Shown here: piece by piece, positions 1-11,390 of the stretch
Layout: each line of letters opens with the position of its first letter
Numbering within the stretch: position 1 is the first letter of the stretch
From: Nemertoderma westbladi
Taxonomy: Eukaryota > Animalia > Xenacoelomorpha
Assembly: GCA_032718475.1 (NCBI GenBank)
Contig: JAUCBJ010002676.1
Location: forward strand, 1-32,126
Direction of reading: 5' to 3'
Length of the DNA stretch: 32,126 nt
Position numbers and translations under genes: made by a program
The notes under the pieces: generated by a model
Told to the model about the DNA's origin: nothing
The model's input: the letters and a program-made list of their open reading frames with translations, nothing else
Databases searched by the model: none

Positions 1-175
1 CGAGCTGGAGTTCGCGTTTCTTCTGTTCGCGTTCGAGCTGGAGTTCGCGTTCCTTGCGTTCGCGTTCGAGCTGGAGTTCGCGTTCTTTCTGCTCGCGTTC
101 AAGTTCGAGTTCGCGTTCCTTGCGTTTGCGTTCAAGTTGAAGTTCACGTTCCTTCTGCTCGCGTTCCGCTCGCTC
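1..175 (-). repeat. 33-bp coding tandem repeat (about 5 visible copies), 11-aa charged unit
   Basis: cgagctggagttcgcg recurs at 1, 34 and 67, with variants near 100 and 133; encodes KERELQLEREQ-like units. Confidence 0.85.
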
Positions 176-1327
176 ACGCTTACCTTTTTCTTCCAATTTG
201 CGCAACTTCGCGTCTAACTTACGTGTTCGCTCCCTTTCCCGCTCGGCTTCCTTCCGCGCTTCCGATGCACGCAAAACTTCCGCCTGCTGTTCGTCCAGTC
301 GGCGTCTTCTCTCCTCCGCCGAGTTGTGAGAAACAAGAGATCTAGCACATATAACTTTCCCTCGCGCGTGACTAACCTGGGAATCGCCACTGTCTCTGGA
401 TGCGTCGTCGGGTGGAGTCAACGTCCTCTGTTGGATGTTCTCCGTCGTCGGTAGCACCTGACCCGGTACCACCACTCCATTCTGCATCAGCCAGCTAGTA
501 ACTTCCCTCTGATACCTGCGCTCCTCCTTGTCTTGGATCTCTTCTCGCTCCACTAACTCTCTCAACTCTGCGTCACTCACTTGAGTCGCCTGCGCTTGTG
601 ATGCCCATAGCAACCAGTTCTCCGTCCTAACTCGTCGGAATCGCTCCGATAACTCGCGGTGCTCCAACAAGGCTGCTAAAACCCTGTCGTAAATCCTCGT
701 CGCCACGTCGCTCGACTGAGACTCTACTGCCTTCTTCGCTAGGACTGCAAGCTCCTCCGTCTGCTTGAATAACGTTGAGTTATATCCTCTTCTAATCTCT
801 ACTAACTCTACCCTCCCGATGTTCGCTGAGTCAGCTAACATCTTCCTTACCTTGTCCGTCGTCCGAGTTATATGTCCGGCATGCGCGCGAAGTTTCTTCT
901 TTATCGCAATGTCTAGTTCTCTCTCGCTTACCTGACTCACACTCGGTGGACTTGAAGGATTATTTCGGGAACTACGGGTACTCCTTACAGCCGTTGGGAC
1001 CACGGCACTTACCATACCCACAGGTCTGGAAACCGGGCTCCGGGCTCTCGCTTCTGCTACACTACCCTCCCTATCACTCACCTCTGTCCGGGCTGCCGTA
1101 CAGTCCTTCCTATCAGTAGCGGTAAGGGATCCTAATACTATTACTTGAGGTTGTTGTTCTTCCTCACTAGTCACTGTCTCGTCCTCCTGTTCACTTACGT
1201 CAGCGTCGCTCGCTGCGTCGTCATAGTCGGCATTGTCATCAACAGTAATGTTTACGCTATCGTCAGTCGGCGGTCCAGCCGCCGTCTCATAGCTGTCCTC
1301 TAGTGCCTCTTTGTCTGAGACACTCAT
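1..1327 (-). CDS. Partial ORF (over 440 aa, runs off the left edge), putative retrotransposon gag-like coiled-coil protein
   Basis: ATG at 1327-1325 (MSVSDKEALEDSYETAAGPP...). My manual translation is open to the window edge: acidic N-terminus, helical middle, then E/R/K-rich repeats (ERELQLEREQK). It is absent from the ORF track, presumably because no stop lies inside the window. The gag identity is inferred from context only. Confidence 0.6.
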   Translation of the reverse strand, partial: MSVSDKEALEDSYETAAGPPTDDSVNITVDDNADYDDAASDADVSEQEDETVTSEEEQQPQVIVLGSLTATDRKDCTAARTEVSDREGSVAEARARSPVSRPVGMVSAVVPTAVRSTRSSRNNPSSPPSVSQVSERELDIAIKKKLRAHAGHITRTTDKVRKMLADSANIGRVELVEIRRGYNSTLFKQTEELAVLAKKAVESQSSDVATRIYDRVLAALLEHRELSERFRRVRTENWLLWASQAQATQVSDAELRELVEREEIQDKEERRYQREVTSWLMQNGVVVPGQVLPTTENIQQRTLTPPDDASRDSGDSQVSHARGKVICARSLVSHNSAEERRRRLDEQQAEVLRASEARKEAERERERTRKLDAKLRKLEEKGKRERAEREQKERELQLERKRKERELELEREQKERELQLERERKERELQLEREQKKRELQL

Positions 1328-4300
1328 AGTCTAAATAATGTTTGCCTTCCGGCAAAATATCTCGCAAAGGTTCGAGATATAATTATAATTTAACCGAAAT
1401 ACGGTCAAATTATTTGTCTAATATCAGTTGGTCCAAAATGTCAAAATAAATTCGCAATGCAATATTGTGAATTTAATGGGGTATATAGTTATAGCAAATA
1501 CTAACACAATATTTAAACAAAAATATTATTATATAGCTACTATATAGCATTAAATACCGGTATAGCACAAAATAACTTTGAATCTAATACAAAATATTCA
1601 AAATATACTTGCCGCCCGAATATTTCTAATTTTATATATATATAGCTCTAATTAACGTAATTTTAATTTCAAATATTATATGTATCCACTAGCGCGTGGC
1701 TACATCTTCGGGTTGCGACTCTCTCTAACTCTCTCTCTAACTTGAGCGATTCAAAACCATGGCCGGCTAAACCTAAATATCCTAACTAATAAATTGAGTT
1801 CAGCTTCGCAGTTAAACAACCGATAATTTTTTACTGCTTCCACAAACACTATGGTGCCAACAGAACAACTAACCTTGTTTGCTGTGAGATTCCACGTCCG
1901 CGTCCAAAGATTCAGGCCCTTCGCTGATTGCAAACCGAACCCGCAGACCCACACGAACCCCAAACTCAGAAGTTCCGTCTTGCCATGTATCTCCAGATGG
2001 TATAAAATAACTAAGCGGTTACCTAACATACCGGTACAAAACTCTAGAATTTTACAAAATAATTTTGACCGAAACTGAATTCTCGCAAACCTAGCTAATA
2101 ATTTTCAAAAAACTTACTAATTACAATTCGCCCTAAGGCCTAAGGAACTGCTGTATTCGCAATTAGTAAAAATGCACTACCGTACATCCACTGTATGCAG
2201 CACAGTAAGTAAAACAGTACACCAACCTAACAGCCTAATGATACTGTATGTGTGGTACGGCAAAACAAATGTCCCTTCTACCGTACGCAGTAACAGCAAT
2301 CAGCCTAATGTACTACTGTACTATTGTACGCAGCCAGTGAATACAGTAATCTAAACTAACAGCCTAAGAATACACTCAATGTTCTACCGTACGCTAGCCT
2401 ATAGCCTACAGCAGACGATCACGTGCTCTAACTTATTACTTAATACTGTGATACAACTAACAGCCTAAGAATACACTATTGACTGCTGCAAGTAACAGCC
2501 AATAATGCGCGTACTACTGATAAACAACCGCGACCTCTATACTAACAGCAGAACTGTTGAACAGACCAATACCCGTTAATATCCTTCTGTCAACCTAATG
2601 AGCTCTTGCCTAACCAATAAGACACAAAGAATGCTCTACTGTTAAGTAAAGGGGATCAGGAGCGTGATATTACTAAATTGTAAAGGTGGCTAAATACAAA
2701 ACCGCTACTTACCGTTGGATGGCGCTAATCTGCCGTCCGCTAATATATTTTACTAATTTTACACAACTCCTGCAAAATCGCTTGTTCCTTTCTCTACCGA
2801 TCGCTCGATAGAGAGCTAACTGTTCGAATCTATGAGCCACGCGGGAATAACCAAAACAATAAACCCGAGTCGGCTCCCTAAGCTTACTTAAGACGAGTGC
2901 GAGAGGCTTTGCACTCAGAGTATTCTTACGCCTAATTCTATCACTATTAAAGCACGCTATTGCCTACGTCTTTTCTAATCGCGAATACTGGAGGTTCCCT
3001 AACGTAATGTGTGAATGCGAGAATATTTAAAATAATCAAAATGATACAGTAATTGTTTCTACGTGGATAGTACCACTCTGGGTCGAAACTTGCCTGCGGC
3101 TGGCTTTAGGCCAGCAAATTACTAGCGTATCGTGCGTACCGAATAGTGCGATCTAGCTGATTGCCCGCTAATGCAAATAACCGCTCAGCGTGAATAGTTT
3201 ACAGTACTCTAATTATTACCTTAGCTACTCTCCGCTATGCTGCGTACTAATTCTTAATTTTTACTAATCAATTACAGTCACAAATATTTAACAGCGTACT
3301 AATTACTAAGAGTTCCAGAATACGTAATTCTAATTTATTACGCAACAGGTTTCGCTAGTAATAGCCTAAATTGCCGTATTACTTTGACCTAATCAGTAAC
3401 TAATTATTGTAACTAAGAAATAGAAATCAATCAAAAGAAAAGGGCGCCTACCTAAACATTCATAATCATAGGCACACTTCAATAACACACCAATCAGCGT
3501 CAGCAATCACAGTTCGCAATTATGCAGTTAACTACTGTATAGCCCACAATTATGCGATTCACTACTCGTACTCTACACTCAACGTTTTAATACGCGCAGG
3601 CCTCTCCCGGATACATCTAGGATTCCTAACTAACCCGATTCCTGCCCCCCTAATACTAAATAGAGACAAAACCTGGATCATCAGCCCCCTAGTTACTGTA
3701 TCGGCGAATGGTCTGCGTGTTACAGTGCAAGATACCCGCCCGCAACGGTGACCCTAGCCAGCGTTGCCCGCTTTGAATCCTCCGCTCTCTCCTAGTCGCT
3801 CAACCCCCCGATGTGCCCACCGCCCACTGGCACCTTAGCCCTCCATTATGCTAATAGCTACCGTAGCGGCGCATGCAAATCACAAAGTCTGACAGTCTCA
3901 GAAATCCCTTAGGATTATTGCGCAGAAAGGAATCACATAGAACCATTAATCAAAAGGTAGAAATCATAGTTCAGTTGTAATTAGCAGTAATCGAAGGAAT
4001 TAATTGAGAAACACAATCAAAAGTAATCGCACTAGCAAATCATTCCAAGAAATTAATCAAAATTAGCAAATTGCAGAAAATACGCTAAAATATCCGTCAA
4101 AAATTGAATAGAGACAGCTCAGCAAGTACAAAGGTGATAGCAGATCATGTGAGGTGTCAGTAAGGCTCTACCGGCACACCGCCAATTTATAGGTGATCCG
4201 GATGGGTGATGCAATAGGGTGACTCAATCGCTCTCCTATTGGCTCTCCAGTCCGTGCTAGCATTAGACCAACCTGGAAACAGTTAGTCCAATAAGGAGGC

Positions 4301-4617
4301 CGGATTGTAGCCCTATCGCTTGCCCAAACCTCGAATTATTACCATATATGGTAATGGTTCACGTCCCTGGCTGCTGAATGGCCAGGACAGCGTCCCTATA
4401 TGCTAGCCCTATCGATGCTAATATCAGCAAGCACAAAATCCAGGGTCCGAATAAACTTGCTACCCTGGAACTATCTACATATATCCTAATACAAAATTAC
4501 GTAGGTAGGGCTACATACTATACAAAATGGATGGATTCAAATATATGGGTGTTTCGATTTCCCTATCTAAATATCATTGCGTTATTATGCCTTATCTAAA
4601 ATATCATGCTGCACAAT

Positions 4618-4702
4618 GGACTAATATTACGTACAGTATAACGGACTAATATTGCATACTGCATAACGGAATAATATTGCATACTGCATAATGACTAATA
4701 AT
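4618..4702. repeat. 25-bp tandem repeat, about 3.5 copies, in the putative LTR
   Basis: ggactaatattgcatactgcataac-like units start at 4618, 4643 and 4668. Confidence 0.8.
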
Positions 4703-4729
4703 GTGGATACAGCGCCATATACCGTAACA

Positions 4730-6939
4730 TCACCCTTTGTGGCCGTCCTCATTGCGTAATCCAGCACAATTACAAATAGTAATGGTGCTAATGTGTCACC
4801 TTGCAGTACGCCAGCCAGGATTGAGAAAAACTCAGTTTCACCATCTGGTGAGAGTACCTGCGCTTCTGTGTCACAATATAACAATCCAATGCCAGCAACA
4901 ATTACTTCTGGTATTCTATAAGCTCTTAGGATTTCAAGCATTTTACCTCTATGGATGGAGTCGAATGCCTTCTTGAAGTCCACAAAAGTCATGACTGCGG
5001 GGAGATTCTTTCACTTAATTCCTTCAATCAGTCTCCGAAGTGCAAGTATCTGAGCTATTGTTGATCTACTTGGTCGAAATCCGTTTTGGCTCTTACGCAG
5101 TAGTTTCTCTATGTGAGGCCTAATCCTATATAGAATCATTTTATTGTATATTTTGGCAGCTACCACAAGCAGACAGATCCCACGATAGTTTGTTGGTATG
5201 CCGAGGTCTCCTTTCTTGGGGAGAGGCTTTAGTTGACCTTTAGTCCAAATTGGTGGTGGCTTTTCCCCTTTTTAACATCCGGTTGCAAACATTCAATAAT
5301 GGTCTATTTAGCACTCCGTTTTCCATACCTCCGCTGGGATTTCATCTAATCCACTCGCTTTATTATTGGACATGCTTTTAATGCTTCTTTGGAGTTCGGC
5401 AAGCTATAGGTATGTCTTGTCATATATTTTCCTTGTAGGGCTGACCTCGATGTTTGGTGGCTGCCCAAGCAAGTTGCTGAAGTGATTTTTCCACTTCCCA
5501 ACACGTTCTTCAGGACTACCGGCTTTGAGGCGCCCCTTTGCACAACTTTTCCGACCAGATACCTCATTTACAGTTTGCCAGGTAAGTCTTGATTGTTGCT
5601 GTATGTGAGCTGTTGTAATTGCTTCAGTTTTATCCTGTATGTACTTTTCCTGGCTGATGTTGTAGGCCAATTTAAGATCGTCCTTCGCTTTCTCAACCTT
5701 GTTAATGTTTTCGGTTGTTGGTTGTTCGGTTTTAACTTTGTAGGCTATCTTAAGATCTTCTCTCTTACAAGTAACCTCAGAGTTTTGCCATGGCACATAC
5801 TGTTTTCGTTTAGGTTTCTGGGGGATATGCCTCTTAGCTGATTCCTTGTGGGCTGTTATTATATTCTGGTATATTGAATCGGTGGATTGGTCTTCATCCA
5901 TTGACTGAAGTGCTTCAAAGCGGTTTTGAACTTCTACTGTATAAGCATCCTTTACAGCATTGTCAGTTCTGAGTTTCTCCCAGTCATAGTTGATATGCTT
6001 GCTTGTCCTGGGTTTGCTGGCTCTCAAACTGAGTCTGATCTCTGCAGTCACAATTCTGTGGTCCGAACCAATTAGGTTGAACGAGCTGTATGCCTCGCAG
6101 TTGATCATGCTATTTCTCCACTTTTTGTTTATAAGGATGTAATCCAGTTGTCCTTTGGTTCCATTAGGGTATTGAAAGGTCCATAGCTTCCCCTTACTCT
6201 TTTCGAATATGTTGTTTGTTGGTATCAATTCACATTCTTCCATTAGGTCTAAGAGTAAGTACCCATTTCTGTTAGAACTGGTGTTATAGGTGTAACCCTT
6301 GATGTCTTCTGGGCCAATTTGCGCATTCAGGTCACCAGCAATGACTTTAACATTGTGTTTCGGGATGTCCTTAATAAGTCCAGTCAGTTCTTCATAAAAC
6401 TTGACTGCTTGTTCTGGCTCTGATGCATTGGTTGGACTGTAGCAACATATAACTGTTGTCTTGGGATTCCCATCAAATGTTGCGATCATAACCCTGGAAT
6501 TTATAGATTCGATGTTGTTTAGGGTCTTAAGTGCAAATGGGCTTAGCAGAATTCCTACTCCACCAATTGATGCATTGGCCGAGTTTCTTACTGCTGAGCT
6601 TGTTACTAACGTCCATCCATTTCCAATGTCATTGTACTTCATGGCAGTGTCTTCATGACAAATCCGATGTTCTTGGATGCAGATGATGTCGATGTTATAT
6701 TCCATTGCCAGAGCGACCATGTCACCCTGTTTGCTCTGTGCTTTCAGCGTGCGTGCGTTCATTGTAGCAATCTTTAGTGTCTTTTTACATTTCAACAGGT
6801 TGGTTCTTCTTTCTTCTCTGTCTTCTGTTCCAGTAGCCAATTTATCGACCCCAGCCTGGTGTACCACTGAGGGACGCGGTCCTTGTTGACCCGGGCGACG
6901 ACCGAGCCGGTATTTCTCCTGGAGGGTTCTCATACTCAT
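4730..6939 (-). pseudogene. Disrupted APE-RT polyprotein of the RTE element
   Basis: The 511-aa ORF 5404..6939 ends by frameshift. There are further disruptions near 5270-5410, an in-frame TGA at about 5012 (GIK*KNLPAVMTFVDF), and truncation before the catalytic (Y/F)ADD motif. Confidence 0.85.
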
Positions 6940-7292
6940 ATCTTTCAGTTGCGGGGGTAAACCGCTTGTGGTCGCAACTCCTACAAGCGTCTTCGCAGTA
7001 GGTCGCCGTTGGTTGATTACCTTCAGCCGACCTTGTCAGCATGTCTAGCCGTTGGTTGATTACCTTCCGCCTATCCATGGCCTACAGCCCTGCTGCCGAC
7101 TGTAGGGGTCCATTTGTTACACCCTGAACCAAGTGTGCCTCCTGGGTTAGGTTACCTAACACTGGTAGAGGAGCATCCAGTATAGACAGGGCGGGGCTTG
7201 TATCATCTCTAATGCAGATGCGTATCAAGCCTTTGCCTTCAATGGTGCCCTAGGCGCTATAGCCCTCAGTGACTTATTTAGTTGACGGGGCT

Positions 7293-7398
7293 GAACCAAC
7301 CCACTCTTGATCAACTAAATAATGAATAGGCTATGCTTATCGGGCCTGCCCTACTGGGCTGACAGCTACAGGTAGTACCACATTACTGCCATAGTGGT
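7293..7398. repeat. 106-bp direct repeat, copy 1 (upstream end of the RTE element)
   Basis: gaaccaacccactcttgatc...ctgccatagtggt appears identical to 7800..7905. Confidence 0.9.
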
Positions 7399-7799
7399 AG
7401 CAGGATCTGGGGACCTGACCTGACCTAATTGGTATTCATAAACTTTCATAATTGATTGGATCAGTTTATAAGTTTTGACTTCCTTTCTGTTTATAAAGGC
7501 GAAATTGATGCGGTTGAAGGAAAGTGAATCTAACCATCAATATAATAAACAAACAGCGTAACGAGTGCAAAGATTTTCGGTACCGACTACGGACGTCGAT
7601 GTCGACTAAATCACTAAATTATCACGCGCGGCGCCAATATGTCTTGATCTCATTAGACACCGACATAAAACAATGTAAATTTAAAATATCACTGAGTAGA
7701 AAATTCAAATTCAAATTAATTAATGAACTGAAATAAGATGAAGCCTTTCCGATAATTTTTTTATTATATATATTTTTTTTATTTAACGTCATTTTTAAC

Positions 7800-7905
7800 G
7801 AACCAACCCACTCTTGATCAACTAAATAATGAATAGGCTATGCTTATCGGGCCTGCCCTACTGGGCTGACAGCTACAGGTAGTACCACATTACTGCCATA
7901 GTGGT
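7800..7905. repeat. 106-bp direct repeat, copy 2
   Basis: Matches 7293..7398; both copies are followed shortly by tgacctgac. Confidence 0.9.
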
Positions 7906-7964
7906 TGCTGACCTGACTAAGATCCCGTCTTACCCGTCTAGACAAGACCCGTCAAGACCCGTCT

Positions 7965-8611
7965 ATTGTAAAGGTATCCAATTATCATTTAAAGAATATA
8001 TCGAGGATAAGAAGATATTTAAATAGGGAGGAAACTGTGAAGCTGATGACGTCATTAATACTATCGAGAATGGACTACTGTAACTCTCTATTAGTTGGTA
8101 TTCCGGATTATCTACAACAAAGATTTCAAATTTGATTAATCATTGCGCACGTGTTGTAAATTGTGTTAATAGGCGTTCTCATGTGACACCTCTACTCAAA
8201 GACCTTCATTGGTTGCCAACATCTTTCAGAATCAGGTATAAGATTGCATTAATAACTTGGAAGTGTTTAAATGGAGTTGCTCCTGATTACTTGGCTGAAT
8301 TAATTCAAATTAACTCCAAAGTGACACGATCGCAGTATAACTCAACTTTGGTAGTACCATCAACCAACTATAAAACATTTGGCGATAGATCTTTTTCGGC
8401 GGCTGCATCGAGAATCTTTAATGACCTACCATTGGAAATCAGGATAGCGAGCAGTCTAGCTTCTTTCAAAACTATGCTCAAGTCACATTATTTTCTTAAG
8501 GCTTTTCCGAACTAATATTATGTAACGTACGTGTAAATGCGCATTAGACCTATTTATTTATAGATAGTGCGCTATATAAATTTGGTGTTATTATTATTAT
8601 TATTATTATTA
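7965..8611 (+). mobile_element. 5'-truncated CR1/L2-group LINE 3' end with (TTA)n tail
   Basis: C-terminal ORF2 motifs SRMDYCNSLL.GIP, HVTPLLKDLHWLP..RIRYKI, APDYL, GDRSFS.AA...NDLP, FKTMLKSH. Short 3' UTR, then a (tta)n tail at about 8588-8611. Confidence 0.85.
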
Positions 8612-9094
8612 ACATTATTGTACTCCTCAACTCCTGATGCTGCCTTACTCAATGTTAAATAAATTAGTGTTCTCGAATATTTATTACGTAATTAGAGAGC
8701 CGCTTAACTTCGTACATAAAGTAATATTGGATATTGAATTATGTTTTGATTTACACCTTTTTGGTGTACACCGTGCACACAACGCTAAACAGTTACAATA
8801 ACTTTTGAGGTGTGATTAGATTTTGCACTAATTACAGTACTTGCAAACCTTTTATACTTCGATGCTCTTTCAACCATTGTGATTAAATTTAAGAAGTTCC
8901 AATTCAAAATAACAATTTAAGAATAAAATTTATAATGTTTAATGACAAATAATTAAGTTAATATTCAAAGGTCGAGTAATCGAATCGAAGTCGAATCGAA
9001 TGTTTTACCTGAATTGAATCGAAATCGAATCAAAAAATATATGGGAAATCTAAGTCGAAAAATTGTTTTTGATTCTATTCAATGCCAGTCCCTG

Positions 9095-9746
9095 CCGGGT
9101 ACCAACTTTTAGATAAAATTAGCCACGCGTTGCTTTTCTATAAGAAAATTCCCGAAATTATTGAATACAATTGTCGCGAAATTAAGTATTCATTTCTTAT
9201 CAGGTAGGCCTAGGCCTATCATTTGTTGTGTACTGCTGTACTGTATAACAAACTATGTATGTAGGGAAGCCTACCGGGTACCGTACCTGTCACATACTGT
9301 ATATAGTAATAGCGGGTTAGCTAATAGAAATATGGAATAGCTTCGTCTGGGACTGATTGCTGAGGATATGAATTAGGAAGTTATCCCGTTACCGTACGTA
9401 CTGTACATGACGTACAGTATGGTAACACACGTCGGTACAACATAGGTACCGGATCCGCTACCTACCTGCCAGCCTGCCTAATGCTGTAATGCTGCACTGG
9501 AATATAAAGAGCTGGTTCCCGGTTAGGTACCTACCCTGACAGGTACCGGTAGGGATCTCTGTCCCGGTGCTAACCACACTTAACTTAGGCCTACTACTGT
9601 GTTAATTTATTGGTTGGCGGCTTAGGCTAGGCCTAATGTGAAAATAAATTAATATTTAATTTCGCGACAATTTTATTCAATAATTTCGGGAATTTTCTTA
9701 TAGAAAAGCAACGCGTGGCTCATTTTATCTAAAAGTTGGTACCCGG
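9095..9746. mobile_element. MITE/foldback-like element with about 100-bp inverted repeats
   Basis: ccgggtaccaacttttagataaaattagccacgcgttgcttttctataagaaaattcccgaaattattgaa... at 9095 is the near-perfect reverse complement of about 9650..9746. No TSD is evident, so the true termini may differ. Confidence 0.8.
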
Positions 9747-9769
9747 TGTTATTTTTTTGTGCTCTTTCT

Positions 9770-9863
9770 ATTTTCGACTGTGTTCGATTGTGTTCGGCAG
9801 TTTTTGGAGTGTGTTCGGCTGTGTTCTACTGTGTTCGCTTGTGTTCTGTAAAAAGATATATCC
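9770..9863. repeat. Degenerate ~10-bp tgtgttcg subrepeats, probably the subterminal region of a DNA transposon remnant
   Basis: tgtgttc(g) occurs about 6 times, ending in ...aaaagatatatccc. Confidence 0.4.
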
Positions 9864-10344
9864 CAAATACTTAAATTGGTAATAAAATAATGTGGTCCGT
9901 TGTCAATTAAGGGGAAGGAGCAGGTTACCGTGCTGAGTATGATTTACCAAAAACAATAAAATACTTTATCCATTAAACCCATTGCCATTGCCATTGCCAT
10001 TGCCATTAACGTCGTGAATACTTACAGAGATTGGTATAGGGCCTACTTACTTATACAGTATATCGCTCATTGAGACAGGGGGGGGGGGGGGGGGGGGACT
10101 GGACTGGACGCAAAACCCGCCTTGGCGAATTAATATCCCGCCTCAATGTTAAATTCTCAATTTAGGGAAATGACCAGGTTGCAGTGATACGTTATTTTAA
10201 CCAAAACAATAAACCAAACACAATAGAACAGCTTACAGTTATATTTTTGAGAGTAATAAATCAGCTATTATTTGCGTACAATTTTCCCTGGAGAGGGATG
10301 AATTTGTATTGCGTCCAGTTTCCCTATCTGCGCTCATTACTTAC

Positions 10345-11390
10345 CTTGGATAGGCAATGTCTGAAAGGATTGTTCAACTGATTGCCTGCTGTCGTCAGCA
10401 TTATTGATGGCATCAACCTGTTGGTTTATTAGCTCCTGTAGATTAACAGAGTACTGCCTGTTCAGGGACTTCGATGCAGCCTTAACTGCATTCTTGGCCG
10501 CTGTAGTCTGTTTGAGTCGGGACTCTTTCTGCGCCTTATAGAGGTCATTTCGGCACTTCTGAATTTTGTTGTCAGTCCAGGGGGCCCTTTTCCTGTTTCG
10601 AGGGTATACAGGAACTGTTTCTGCAGCTGCTAATTTAACTGCTTCTGTAAAGGCAGTATAGCCCTCACAGTGATCTGCCGCCTCAGAGGCAAGAGCCTCA
10701 TACCTGTTGCTCAGCTGTAGTGTGAAGCTGGATTTCACACTTGGCTGTTGCAACAGAGAGGACCAGTCATGCTGCGGCAAGGCAGATTTTGTTCTGCTAG
10801 CACGCAGACTAAGTCTTACCTTGGCCACAATAAGGCGGTGATCACTGGAGAAGGGTCGAAGTGTAAATGCATTACAGTCTTGTATAGAGCTCCTGTATTT
10901 CCTACGAAACAGAATATGGTCTATCTGGGACTTGTGACCACTGGGTCCATTATGAGTCCATAGCTTTCCATTTCGCTTCTTCAACTGGGCTCCAGCCGAA
11001 AACAATCCATTTCCAGAGATAAAATCCTGAAGATGGACGGAATTTCGGTTAACACTATTGCTATAGACCCAGGGCGATGTAGGTGATTGATGCAGACTTG
11101 CATTAATGTCTCCCAGGCATGTGAAGAATGCATGCTGATCCACTCCATCAGTAGCTGCTTGTAGATTGTAGCTTGTACAGTAGGTAACAGAAGTCGTCCA
11201 CATGCTCAAGCATACCATCCTTTGAGCTTATGCTCATCCGATCAGAGACTTGCTGAGGACTTTCAAAGTTAACTGTCAAAATGTTGGTCTTTCTGGAGTT
11301 AATAAAAAGACCAACACTAGAAGCAGCCTGTTCTAATGAGCTGAGGAGCCGTTGGGCTCCCTCTAGTGATTGAGTGAGGCAGTATCAGGA
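10345..11390 (-). mobile_element. Degenerate APE-endonuclease LINE fragment (RTE-like, distinct from the 4730..7425 family)
   Basis: ORF 10337..11218 contains GDINA, WTH.GPSG.KSQIDHIL, SSDHRLIVAKVRL and LSNRYEAL. It is truncated before the RT; boundaries are approximate. Confidence 0.8.

Larger units (their letters stand above)
1..4729 (-). mobile_element. 5' portion of a putative LTR retrotransposon inserted into the RTE LINE
   Basis: The LINE RT frame loses RT similarity abruptly after ...LDYAMRTATKGD, and the new sequence begins TGTTAC on the minus strand at 4729 (LTR-like TG start). A long non-coding leader and the gag-like ORF follow on the same strand. No convincing PBS or LTR 3' boundary was found. 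Confidence 0.5.
4730..7425 (-). mobile_element. RTE-clade non-LTR retrotransposon (5' UTR, APE endonuclease, N-terminal RT), interrupted at 4730
   Basis: APE motifs IATMNARTL, IICIQEH, CYSPT, IAGDLNA, LDYIL, GSDH. RT motifs NYRGICLL, QNGFR, FVDFKKAFDSI, GVLQGDTLAPLLF. A single ORF with no ORF1 fits RTE. The 5' boundary is approximate. Confidence 0.9.

Noticed and set aside
2611-2621. taaccaataag matching the reverse complement of the 27-bp unit (CCAAT-like)
   Set aside because: Only 11 bp and AT-rich; the splice-junction origin explains the unit better.
3640-4190. Candidate tRNA primer-binding sites (agccccct near 3683; ccggcacaccgcca near 4171)
   Set aside because: Neither gives a convincing 3' tRNA match adjacent to an LTR-terminal CA.
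1751-7736. Short ORFs (1751, 1851, 2172, 4378, 4737, 5593, 6461, 6677, 7524 and others)
   Set aside because: No recognisable domains; they are antisense shadows of the LINE ORF or chance ORFs.
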